This document shows, in pieces, positions 48,649-56,964 of a DNA stretch of 64,000 nucleotides. The notes under the pieces were generated by a model. It was not told the DNA's origin, did no database searches, and saw only the letters and a list, made by a program, of their open reading frames with translations. The stretch comes from an uncultured Clostridia bacterium (GTDB taxonomy: Bacteria; Bacillota; Clostridia; TANB77; CAG-508): assembly GCA_934129895.1 (NCBI GenBank), contig CAKOWY010000008.1, positions 298 through 64,297 of the forward strand. Reading direction: 5' to 3'. The translations under genes and the position numbers were made by a program. Numbering within the stretch: position 1 is the stretch's first letter; every line of letters starts with the position of its first letter.

Positions 48649-49528
48649 TTATTTTTTTGTATAAAGTAAATTTTTTAATTTTAAACGCAGTTCTTCACTA
48701 CATGGAACAAGAGGTAGACGTGGAACACCAAAATCGAATCCGATAAGATTTAGAGCTTCTTTTACTGAAATTGGATTAGTTTCTTCAAAAAGAGAATTAA
48801 TTAATTCTAATGAATCTAATTGATAATTAGAAGCTTCAGAAATCTTATTATTAAAGAAAGAATTTGTAATATTAAGAACAGATTCAGGTTTTACATTAGA
48901 AAGAACAGAAATAACTCCTTTACATCCAATTGACAAAAGAGGAAGAATTTGGTCATCATTACCAGAATATATATGTAAATTGTCACCACATAATTTTAAA
49001 ATATTTAAAACTTGAGATATATTTCCACTAGCTTCTTTTATTCCAATAATATTGTCAATTTTAGATAATTCAAAACATGTTTGTGGTAAAATATTCATAC
49101 CAGTTCTGCTAGGAACATTGTATAAAATTAAAGGTATAGAAACAGAATTTGCAATAGCCTTAAAATGCTGAATTAATCCGATTTTGAGTAGTTTTGTTAT
49201 AATAAGGTGTAACTACTAATAGACCATCAGCTCCTAAACTTTCGGCAAGTTTTGATGTTTCAATAGATTGGTATGTATTATTTGAACCAGTTCCAACAAT
49301 AACAGGGACTTTTCCATTTGAAACTGAAATAGCACATTCTATTGTTTTAGTTTTTTCTGCAAGAGACATAGTACTGGCTTCTCCTGTGGTGCCACATACA
49401 ACTAAAGCATTTATTCCAGATTCAATTTGAAAATTTATGAATTTTTCAAATTCTTTTATATTTAAACCTTTTTCATTAAAAGGAGTAGCCAAAGCAGTTG
49501 CAACACCTTTAAATAAGATTTTTTTCAT
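48649..49528 (-). CDS. dapA: 4-hydroxy-tetrahydrodipicolinate synthase (DapA) with an apparent single-base insertion (frameshift) near 49170
   Basis: ORF 49160-49528 (…GTTGEASTMSLAEK…VTPYYNKTTQN) and ORF 48649-49098 (…ILPQT…IGIKEASGN…) are both DapA segments. On the minus strand 'aatCggatta' carries an extra base. Removing it gives the contiguous ...[34 protein letters not shown]... Confidence 0.75.
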
Positions 49529-50532
49529 AAAATAGAATTCCTTTCAATTAATTTTTCCATAATTTGAATTGCGTTTGTAGCAGCACCTTTTCTTAAATTG
49601 TCAGCAACAATCCATAAATTAATAGAATTTTTTTGACTATAGTCTTTTCTTATTCTTCCAACAAATACATTATCACAGCCATTAGCAATTGAATTAATAG
49701 GATAGATATTATTTAGTGGGTCGTCTAAAATTTGAATTCCTGAAGAATTGGTTAAGACATCATAAATTTCGTTTATTGAAAAATCATTTTCAAATTCTAT
49801 ATTTATACTTTCACCATGACAATTAGATACTGGAACACGGACGCAGGTAGACGTAACAGATAAATCTGGGTGATTTAAAATTTTTCTAGTTTCATTAATC
49901 ATTTTCATTTCTTCATTTGTATAATTATTTAAAAGAAAAACATCAATTTGTGGTAAACAATTATCATATATAGGGTGTGAAAATTTTAATAAAGGAATTG
50001 TTTTGTGATTTTGACCATTTTCTAAATCTTGTAATCCAAGTTTTCCAGCTCCTGAAACAGCTTGATAAGTTGAATAAATAATTCTCTTTATTTTGAATTT
50101 ATCGTCTAAAGGCTTTAGAACTACAACAGCTTGAATTGTTGAACAGTTAGGATTGGCAATTATTTTATCGTTTATATGAATACTGTTAAAATTAACTTCA
50201 GGGACAATTAAAGGTATATTAGGATCCATTCTAAAAGCATTACTATTATCAATTACAATACATCCTTTAGAAGCAGCAATTGGAGCAAAATGTTTAGATA
50301 CTTCAGTTCCAGCAGAAAAAATGGCAAAATCAAATTTTTCATCAAAAGAATTTTCAGTAAGTTCATTAACTATATAATCTTTATTCATAAAATGTAATTT
50401 TGTATTAGCAGATTTTGTGGAAGAAAAAAGAGTATAGTCCATATTTGATATCTTTTTTTCTTCAAATACTTTTAAAGCAGTTCTTCCTACTAATCCAGTA
50501 GCACCAACAAGTGCAATTTTATAATTTTTCAT
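49525..50532 (-). CDS. asd: Aspartate-semialdehyde dehydrogenase
   Basis: MKNYKIALVGATGLVGRT (NADP-binding) and the active-site Cys region; 335 aa. The stop overlaps the dapA start. Confidence 0.9.
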   Translation of the reverse strand: MKNYKIALVGATGLVGRTALKVFEEKKISNMDYTLFSSTKSANTKLHFMNKDYIVNELTENSFDEKFDFAIFSAGTEVSKHFAPIAASKGCIVIDNSNAFRMDPNIPLIVPEVNFNSIHINDKIIANPNCSTIQAVVVLKPLDDKFKIKRIIYSTYQAVSGAGKLGLQDLENGQNHKTIPLLKFSHPIYDNCLPQIDVFLLNNYTNEEMKMINETRKILNHPDLSVTSTCVRVPVSNCHGESINIEFENDFSINEIYDVLTNSSGIQILDDPLNNIYPINSIANGCDNVFVGRIRKDYSQKNSINLWIVADNLRKGAATNAIQIMEKLIERNSIL

Positions 50533-50686
50533 AAAATAAAATCCTTTCTAAGTTATAAGAAAATATATTCAATAACAATAAAAAAATTACTTAAAAATTA
50601 ATTTGACAAATTATATTTTAGATGCTATAAATAATATATTAATTTTTGGTATAGTAACATTGTTTAACATGAATGGAGGCTTTTAT

Positions 50687-50869
50687 ATGCAATTGAAAAT
50701 TTATGGATATGAAAGAGTATTTCGGAAAGATCCAGAATACAGAAAAGTCACAGGAATGGATTCAAAAGATGTAAAAACTTTAATAAGAGATCAGCATGGA
50801 GCTGTCTTATATGTTCCAGATACAGCACGTTGGTTTGTAAGTGAGAAAGAAGATGTTAAAGAAAAATAA
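50687..50869 (+). CDS. Small hypothetical protein (60 aa)
   Basis: ATG 50687 is preceded by RBS ggagg (MQLKIYGYERVFRKDPEYRKVTGMDSK...). The listed longer ORF from 50603 has no RBS. Confidence 0.4.
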   Translation: MQLKIYGYERVFRKDPEYRKVTGMDSKDVKTLIRDQHGAVLYVPDTARWFVSEKEDVKEK

Positions 50870-50978
50870 ATGATGTTAAAGTTGAGGAAATATTTCCTCA
50901 AAAAAGAGCGTAAATATATGCCTAAATTTGGGTAATTTTTGCGTTCTTTTTTATATCATTTAACTTAAAATAATTGCC

Positions 50979-51007
50979 TTGACGAACAAGCCAGAAAATG
51001 GTAAAAT
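50979..51007 (+). promoter_or_regulatory. Sigma-A promoter of ymdB
   Basis: ttgacg - 17 nt - taaaat. Confidence 0.45.
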
Positions 51008-51051
51008 AAAACACGAAGTAAAAAATAAAACTTTTAGAAAGAAGGTTAAAT

Positions 51052-51822
51052 ATGAAAATATTAGCAGTAGGAGATATAGTTGGTGAAGCTGGTGTAAGAA
51101 AACTAAAAGAAGAATTACCAAAAATAAAAAAAGAATATAATATTGATTTTGTTATAACAAATGGAGAAAATTCTGCAGGTGGAATGGGAATAAATGAAAG
51201 AAATTTCAATGATATGTTAGAAGCTGGAACAAATGTAGTAACAATGGGAAATCATACATGGGGAAAGAAAGATATATTTAAATTTATAGATCATCCACAA
51301 TTATTAAGACCAGCTAATTATCCAAAAGGAGTAGTTGGAAAAGGATTAGGAATATATGAATGTAAAGGAAAAAAGATTGCTGTAATGAATTTTATGGGAA
51401 GAGTTGATATAAACATATTAACAGAAAATCCATTTATAATGGCAAGAGATATGATAAATGAAATAAAAGATAATGTAGATATGATAATTATAGATTTCCA
51501 TGCAGAAGCAACAGCAGAAAAAATAGCTATGGCAAGATATTTAGATGGAAAAATTACAGCAATATTTGGAACACATACACATGTACAAACAGCAGATGAA
51601 CAAATCCTTCCAAATGGAACAGCATATATAACAGATATAGGAATGACTGGACCAAAAAATTCTGTAATAGGTATGGATGCTCAAGCGTCAATAAAAAGAT
51701 TTGAAACAACATTACCAGAAAAATATAAATTAGCAGAAGGAGAATGTATGTTAAATTCTGTAATTTTTGAGATAGATGATGAAACAAATAAAGCTGTTGG
51801 AATAACAAGAATTCGAATGTAA
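51052..51822 (+). CDS. ymdB: YmdB-family 2',3'-cyclic-nucleotide 2'-phosphodiesterase (calcineurin-like metallophosphoesterase, TIGR00282)
   Basis: MKILAVGDIVGEAGVRKL...DFVITNGENSAGGMGI...GNHTWGKK. Confidence 0.85.
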   Translation: MKILAVGDIVGEAGVRKLKEELPKIKKEYNIDFVITNGENSAGGMGINERNFNDMLEAGTNVVTMGNHTWGKKDIFKFIDHPQLLRPANYPKGVVGKGLGIYECKGKKIAVMNFMGRVDINILTENPFIMARDMINEIKDNVDMIIIDFHAEATAEKIAMARYLDGKITAIFGTHTHVQTADEQILPNGTAYITDIGMTGPKNSVIGMDAQASIKRFETTLPEKYKLAEGECMLNSVIFEIDDETNKAVGITRIRM

Positions 51823-51952
51823 TAAATGTGTCGAATATTGCGATGAAAACCTAAAAAATATATAGTAAACAACTAGACAAAACCTCCTAAATAATGTAAA
51901 ATACAAAATATAAAAGTTGCAACAAAAAATAATAATAGGAGGCAAAAGAAAA

Positions 51953-52216
51953 ATGGAAATTTTAAAAATTTCATCAAAATCTAATCCAAATTCAGTAGCA
52001 GGAGCTATTGCAGGATTAGTTAAAGAATCAAATAAGGCAGAAATGCAAGCAATTGGAGCTGGAGCTCTAAACCAAGCAGTAAAGGCAGTAGCTATAGCAA
52101 GAGGATTTGTAGCACCATCAGGAGTTGATTTAGTTTGTATACCAGCTTTTGCTGAAGTCGAAGTTGAGGGAGAAGACAGAACAGGGATAAAATTGATTGT
52201 CGAATCAAGAAAATAA
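51953..52216 (+). CDS. spoVS: Stage V sporulation protein S
   Basis: MEILKISSKSNPNSVAGAIAGLV...AIGAGALNQAVKAVAIARGFVAPSGVDLVCIPAF is near-identical to the SpoVS consensus. Confidence 0.95.
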   Translation: MEILKISSKSNPNSVAGAIAGLVKESNKAEMQAIGAGALNQAVKAVAIARGFVAPSGVDLVCIPAFAEVEVEGEDRTGIKLIVESRK

Positions 52217-52333
52217 AATATAATGGGGGCAAATATAATATTTGTCCTCTTTTTTTGGCAAGAATAAAATTTGAAAAAATACTTGAAAAAACAGACCTAT
52301 TAATGTTATTATAACATGGTAAGAGGTGGAAAA

Positions 52334-53911
52334 ATGAAAAGTAATTTTGTAAAATATATATTTATAATATTTATAATTGCAATAACAGTGTTTGTAGTAT
52401 ATAAATTAAATAAAGAAAAAAATGATCAATTAGAAGAGCAACCAATTACAAATGTGGAAGAAGACATAACAAAAGAGATAAATTTAGGAGTAGCTGAATA
52501 TGATACAATAAACCCATTATTAAGTAATAATAAGCAAATACAAGAATTAACAAAAATAATATATGAGCCTTTATTACAATTAGACAGTGAATATAAAATA
52601 GAAAATTGTTTAGCAAAAGATTGGGCAAAAGTTTCTGAAAAAATGTATTTAATAAAATTAGATGATACAGCACAATGGTCTGATGGAAGTAAAATAAATG
52701 CAAGTGATGTATTATTTACTATACAAACATTAAAAAATATTAATTCAATTTATAGTGAAAATGTTAAAAATATTTTAGAAGTAATAAAAGTTGATGATAC
52801 AACAATTAGGATAATATTAGATCAAGATGTACCATTTTTTGAATATAATTTAATTTTTCCAATATTATGTCAAAAAAATTATGAAGGACAAGAATTTACA
52901 ACAAGTGCTGTTAATATAGCACCATTAGGAACAGGAAAATATAAAATTGTTCAAAATACAGAAAGTATAATAACATTGGAAAAAAATGAAAATTATAAAA
53001 AAGAAGAATCAATAATTGAAAAAATAACAATAAGTAAATATTCGAATTTAGGTGAGTTATATAATGCATTTAAATTAGGAAAAATCGATTTAATAACAAC
53101 TAATAATACATCAATCGAAAATTATATAGGAACAATAGGATATAATAAATATGAATCTAATGGAAGAGAATTTGATTATTTAGCTATAAATACTAATAGT
53201 TCAATAGTATCATATAAAGAAGTTAGACAGGCAATAAGTAGAGCTATAAATAGAGAAAACATTGTTTCACAAATATATGGTAACAAATATCGTGTACAAA
53301 ATTACTTTTTAGATTATGGAAGTTGGCTAGCTGGAACAAAATCTGATATGTCATATAATCCAGATACTGCAAGAGAAATCTTGCAAAATAATGGATGGGA
53401 ATTTAGTTATGGAAAATGGAGAAAATATATTAATTATAGTACTAAGAACATAAATTTTAGATTAGTAGTACAAAGTTCGAATGAAAGAAGAGTCGCTATT
53501 GCTGAAATGATAAAAGAAAACTTAGGTGAATTAGGAATAAATGTAACAATAGTAAAAGCAACAGACAATCAGTATCAAACATATTTAAATAATAAAAATT
53601 ATGATATGATAATTACAGGAATTACATTAGGATTAACTCCTAATTTAGAAACATTTTTTGGGCAAGATAATTTAGCTAATTACACAAATGAAGAGATTTC
53701 AACAATATTAAATGAAGTAAAAAATATAACAAAAAATGATTTATTAAAAGAAAAATACGCAAGAATAAGAGAAATATATAATGATGAAGTTCCATATATA
53801 GGTTTAGCTAGTAATTATTATGAAGTGGCTACTAGTTGGACATTAAAAGGAAGTATAACTGCAAATTTATATAATGTTTTTATGAATATATCTGGATGGT
53901 ATAAAAATTAA
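52334..53911 (+). CDS. ABC transporter substrate-binding protein, family 5 (peptide/nickel, OppA-like), membrane-anchored
   Basis: N-terminal TM, then a ~500-aa SBP_bac_5-like body (…YEPLLQLD…ITLEKNENY…). Confidence 0.7.
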   Translation: MKSNFVKYIFIIFIIAITVFVVYKLNKEKNDQLEEQPITNVEEDITKEINLGVAEYDTINPLLSNNKQIQELTKIIYEPLLQLDSEYKIENCLAKDWAKVSEKMYLIKLDDTAQWSDGSKINASDVLFTIQTLKNINSIYSENVKNILEVIKVDDTTIRIILDQDVPFFEYNLIFPILCQKNYEGQEFTTSAVNIAPLGTGKYKIVQNTESIITLEKNENYKKEESIIEKITISKYSNLGELYNAFKLGKIDLITTNNTSIENYIGTIGYNKYESNGREFDYLAINTNSSIVSYKEVRQAISRAINRENIVSQIYGNKYRVQNYFLDYGSWLAGTKSDMSYNPDTAREILQNNGWEFSYGKWRKYINYSTKNINFRLVVQSSNERRVAIAEMIKENLGELGINVTIVKATDNQYQTYLNNKNYDMIITGITLGLTPNLETFFGQDNLANYTNEEISTILNEVKNITKNDLLKEKYARIREIYNDEVPYIGLASNYYEVATSWTLKGSITANLYNVFMNISGWYKN

Positions 53912-53930
53912 AAATAAAATAAAAAAATAC

Positions 53931-53958
53931 TTGACAAAAAAATAAAAATCGATATAAT
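53931..53958 (+). promoter_or_regulatory. Sigma-A promoter of recA
   Basis: ttgaca - 16 nt - tataat. Confidence 0.65.
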
Positions 53959-53966
53959 ATAGATAT

Positions 53967-53980
53967 CGAACAAAAGTTTT
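53967..53980 (+). promoter_or_regulatory. LexA (DinR) Cheo box overlapping the recA transcription start region
   Basis: cgaacaaaagtttt compared with the Firmicute consensus CGAAC-N4-GTTCG (one or two mismatches). Confidence 0.55.
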
Positions 53981-54026
53981 ATAAATGAGAGCTAATATAA
54001 AATCTCAAGAAAGGAAAGATACAAAC

Positions 54027-55091
54027 ATGGGAGAAAACGCAGAAAAAAGAAAAGCACTAGAAGTCGCTATGAATCAAATTGAAAAACAATTCGGAAAAGG
54101 TTCAGTAATGAAATTAGGAGAATTTAAAGCTATGGAGGTAGAAGCAATACCAACAGGAGCATTAAGTCTAGATATAGCATTGGGAATTGGAGGGGTACCA
54201 AGAGGAAGAATAATAGAAGTATTTGGACCAGAATCATCAGGAAAAACAACATTAGCATTACATATAATCGCAGAAGCACAAAAAACAGGTGGAGAAGCAG
54301 CATTTATTGATGCAGAACATGCTTTAGATCCTGTATATGCAAAGAAATTAGGAGTAGATATAGACAATTTAATAGTTTCACAACCAGATACTGGTGAACA
54401 AGCATTAGAAATTACAGAAGCATTAGTTAGAAGCGGAGCATTAGATGTAATTGTTGTAGATTCTGTTGCAGCACTTGTACCAAAGGCAGAAATTGATGGT
54501 GAGATGGGAGATTCTCACATGGGATTACAAGCAAGATTAATGTCACAAGCATTAAGAAAATTAGCAGGAGCAATAAATAAATCAAAAACAGTACTAATAT
54601 TTATAAACCAATTAAGAGAAAAAATAGGAGTAATGTTTGGAAATCCAGAAACAACAACTGGTGGTAGAGCTCTAAAATTTTATGCGTCAGTTAGAATGGA
54701 TATAAGAAAAACAGAAATGTTAAAACAAGATGGACAAGTTATAGGAAATAGAGTTAGAGTAAAAGTAATAAAAAATAAGGTTGCACCACCATTTAGAGAA
54801 GCAGAATTTGATGTAATGTATGGAAAAGGAATATCTAAAGTTGGAAATATCTTAGATATGGCAGTTAATTTAGATATAGTTGAAAAGAGTGGAGCATGGT
54901 TTAGTTATAATGGTCAGAGAATTAGTCAAGGAAGAGAAAATGCAAAGAGATATTTAGAAGAACATCCTGACGTAATGGATGAGATAGAAAAAAAAGTTAG
55001 AGACAATTTTGCAAAAGCATTTGAACAGAGTCTTGGAGAAGAACTTCCAGCAGATAGTGAAGAAGAAACAGAACCATTAGATGAAGAATAA
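54027..55091 (+). CDS. recA: Recombinase RecA
   Basis: [27 protein letters not shown].., Walker [10 protein letters not shown], and the C-terminal acidic tail. Confidence 0.97.
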   Translation: MGENAEKRKALEVAMNQIEKQFGKGSVMKLGEFKAMEVEAIPTGALSLDIALGIGGVPRGRIIEVFGPESSGKTTLALHIIAEAQKTGGEAAFIDAEHALDPVYAKKLGVDIDNLIVSQPDTGEQALEITEALVRSGALDVIVVDSVAALVPKAEIDGEMGDSHMGLQARLMSQALRKLAGAINKSKTVLIFINQLREKIGVMFGNPETTTGGRALKFYASVRMDIRKTEMLKQDGQVIGNRVRVKVIKNKVAPPFREAEFDVMYGKGISKVGNILDMAVNLDIVEKSGAWFSYNGQRISQGRENAKRYLEEHPDVMDEIEKKVRDNFAKAFEQSLGEELPADSEEETEPLDEE

Positions 55092-55100
55092 AAAAAGTAA

Positions 55101-55129
55101 AAAATAGCAAGAATTTCTTGCTATTTTTA
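55101..55129 (+). terminator. Rho-independent terminator after recA (aaaatagcaagaa...ttcttgctattttt family)
   Basis: Stem tagcaagaa/ttcttgcta followed by a T-run. Confidence 0.75.
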
Positions 55130-55186
55130 TTGTTATAGAATAAAATAAGAAGCATAATAAAGTGGAATATGGAAAGGAAAATAATA

Positions 55187-56878
55187 ATGAACAAAAAATG
55201 GGAAATACATCAAGTTAATCAACAAGAAATAGAAAAAATACAACAAATAGGACAAATAAATAAATTATTAGCAACAATATTAGTAAATAGAGGAATAACA
55301 GAAGACAAAATTTATAAATTTTTGAATCCCAAAAGAAATGATTTTTATAATCCTTATGAAATGCCAGATATGGAAAGAGCAGTTAAAAGAATAAAAAAGG
55401 CTATTGAAAATAATGAACAGATTGTAATTTATGGAGATTATGATGTTGATGGAATTACTAGTGTAACTGTTTTGAAAAGCTTTTTAGAAGAAAGAAATAT
55501 TGAAGTAAATGTATATATACCAAATAGATTAGAAGAAGGATATGGTTTAAACAAAAAAGCAGTTGAATATATAGCAGAACAAAATAACAAATTAATGATA
55601 ACAGTTGACTGTGGAATAACAGCTGTTGATGAAATTGAGTATGCTAAAAAATTTGGAATAGAAACAATTGTAACAGACCATCATGAGCCAGCAGAAGTAT
55701 TGCCAGATGCAATAGCTGTTGTAGATGCAAAAAGAAAAGATAATAAATATAAATGTAGAGATCTTGCAGGAGTTGGAGTTGTTTTTAAATTAATCCAAGC
55801 ATTAAGTATAGAATTTGGACTTGAAGAAAAAGAATATTTAAAATATTTGGATATAGTATGTATAGGAACAATATCAGACATAGTTCCATTAGTAGATGAG
55901 AACAGAGTAATAGTAAAATTGGGATTAAAATTAGTTGCACAAACTAGAAATATTGGACTAAAAGAATTATTAGAAAAATGTGGATATTCTCAAATAAATT
56001 CAACAACGATTTCATTTGGAATTGCACCTAGAATCAATGCATCTGGAAGAATGGGACATCAAGAAGAAGCATTAAAATTGTTTTTGTCAAAAGATGAAAA
56101 AGAAGTTGAAGAATTAGTACAAAAATTAAATGAATATAATAAAACAAGGCAAGAAATAGAGAAGAAAATATATGAAGAAGCCAAAAAACAAATAGAACAA
56201 AGAAATTTAGAAAATAAGAATACAATTGTGGTATCTGGAAAAGAATGGCATCATGGTGTAATAGGGATAGTTTCTTCAAAAATAACAGAACTTTATTTTA
56301 AGCCAAGTATTTTATTATGTGAAGAAGGAGATATTTGTAAAGGTTCTGGTAGAAGTATTCCTGGCTTTGATTTGCATGATGCATTAATGAAGTGCAATGG
56401 TCCAATAGAAAAATTTGGAGGACATGCAATGGCAATTGGAATAAATATAAAAAAAGAAAAATTAAATGAATTTGAAACAGAATTTGAAAAAATTGCAGAA
56501 GAAGAGAAAATTGATCAAATACTTCCTGTAATAAATATAGACAGTGAAATAAAATTAGATGAAATAAATAAAGCTATGATTGAAAGTTTAAAAGAATTAG
56601 AACCTTATGGAGAAGCAAATAAAATGCCAATATTTGCTTTCAGAAATTTGAAAATTGATTCAATAAGAGCATTATCTGAAGGAAAACATTTAAAGGTTTC
56701 TGTAAGAGATAATAAAAATATAGTTAATGCAATTGGATTTAACTTAGGAAATCTTATAGAAGATTTTAAAATTGGCGATAGAGTTGACATTGCTGGCAGT
56801 TTAGAAATAAATTCTTTTAATGGAGTAGAAAATATTCAAATAAATATAAAAGACATAATAAAATCATATAAAAATTAA
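55187..56878 (+). CDS. recJ: Single-stranded-DNA-specific exonuclease RecJ
   Basis: DHH motifs (IYGDYDVDGITS; TVDCGIT; VTDHH) and the DHHA1 domain GGHAMAIG. Confidence 0.9.
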   Translation: MNKKWEIHQVNQQEIEKIQQIGQINKLLATILVNRGITEDKIYKFLNPKRNDFYNPYEMPDMERAVKRIKKAIENNEQIVIYGDYDVDGITSVTVLKSFLEERNIEVNVYIPNRLEEGYGLNKKAVEYIAEQNNKLMITVDCGITAVDEIEYAKKFGIETIVTDHHEPAEVLPDAIAVVDAKRKDNKYKCRDLAGVGVVFKLIQALSIEFGLEEKEYLKYLDIVCIGTISDIVPLVDENRVIVKLGLKLVAQTRNIGLKELLEKCGYSQINSTTISFGIAPRINASGRMGHQEEALKLFLSKDEKEVEELVQKLNEYNKTRQEIEKKIYEEAKKQIEQRNLENKNTIVVSGKEWHHGVIGIVSSKITELYFKPSILLCEEGDICKGSGRSIPGFDLHDALMKCNGPIEKFGGHAMAIGINIKKEKLNEFETEFEKIAEEEKIDQILPVINIDSEIKLDEINKAMIESLKELEPYGEANKMPIFAFRNLKIDSIRALSEGKHLKVSVRDNKNIVNAIGFNLGNLIEDFKIGDRVDIAGSLEINSFNGVENIQINIKDIIKSYKN

Positions 56879-56964
56879 AAAATATAACATTAATATTTTT
56901 ATAAAAACACTTTTATTTTGTGGAAAAATGTTGTAAAATGTGAAAGATAGAAAGAAGGGAAAAT

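Noticed and set aside
21415-55129. Repeated 'aaaatagcaagaa…tcttgctattttt' elements considered as a CRISPR or other array
   Set aside because: The copies are tens of kb apart. Each is a single inverted repeat followed by a T-run downstream of a gene, so they are terminators and not arrayed direct repeats. No CRISPR array or cas genes were seen in the window.
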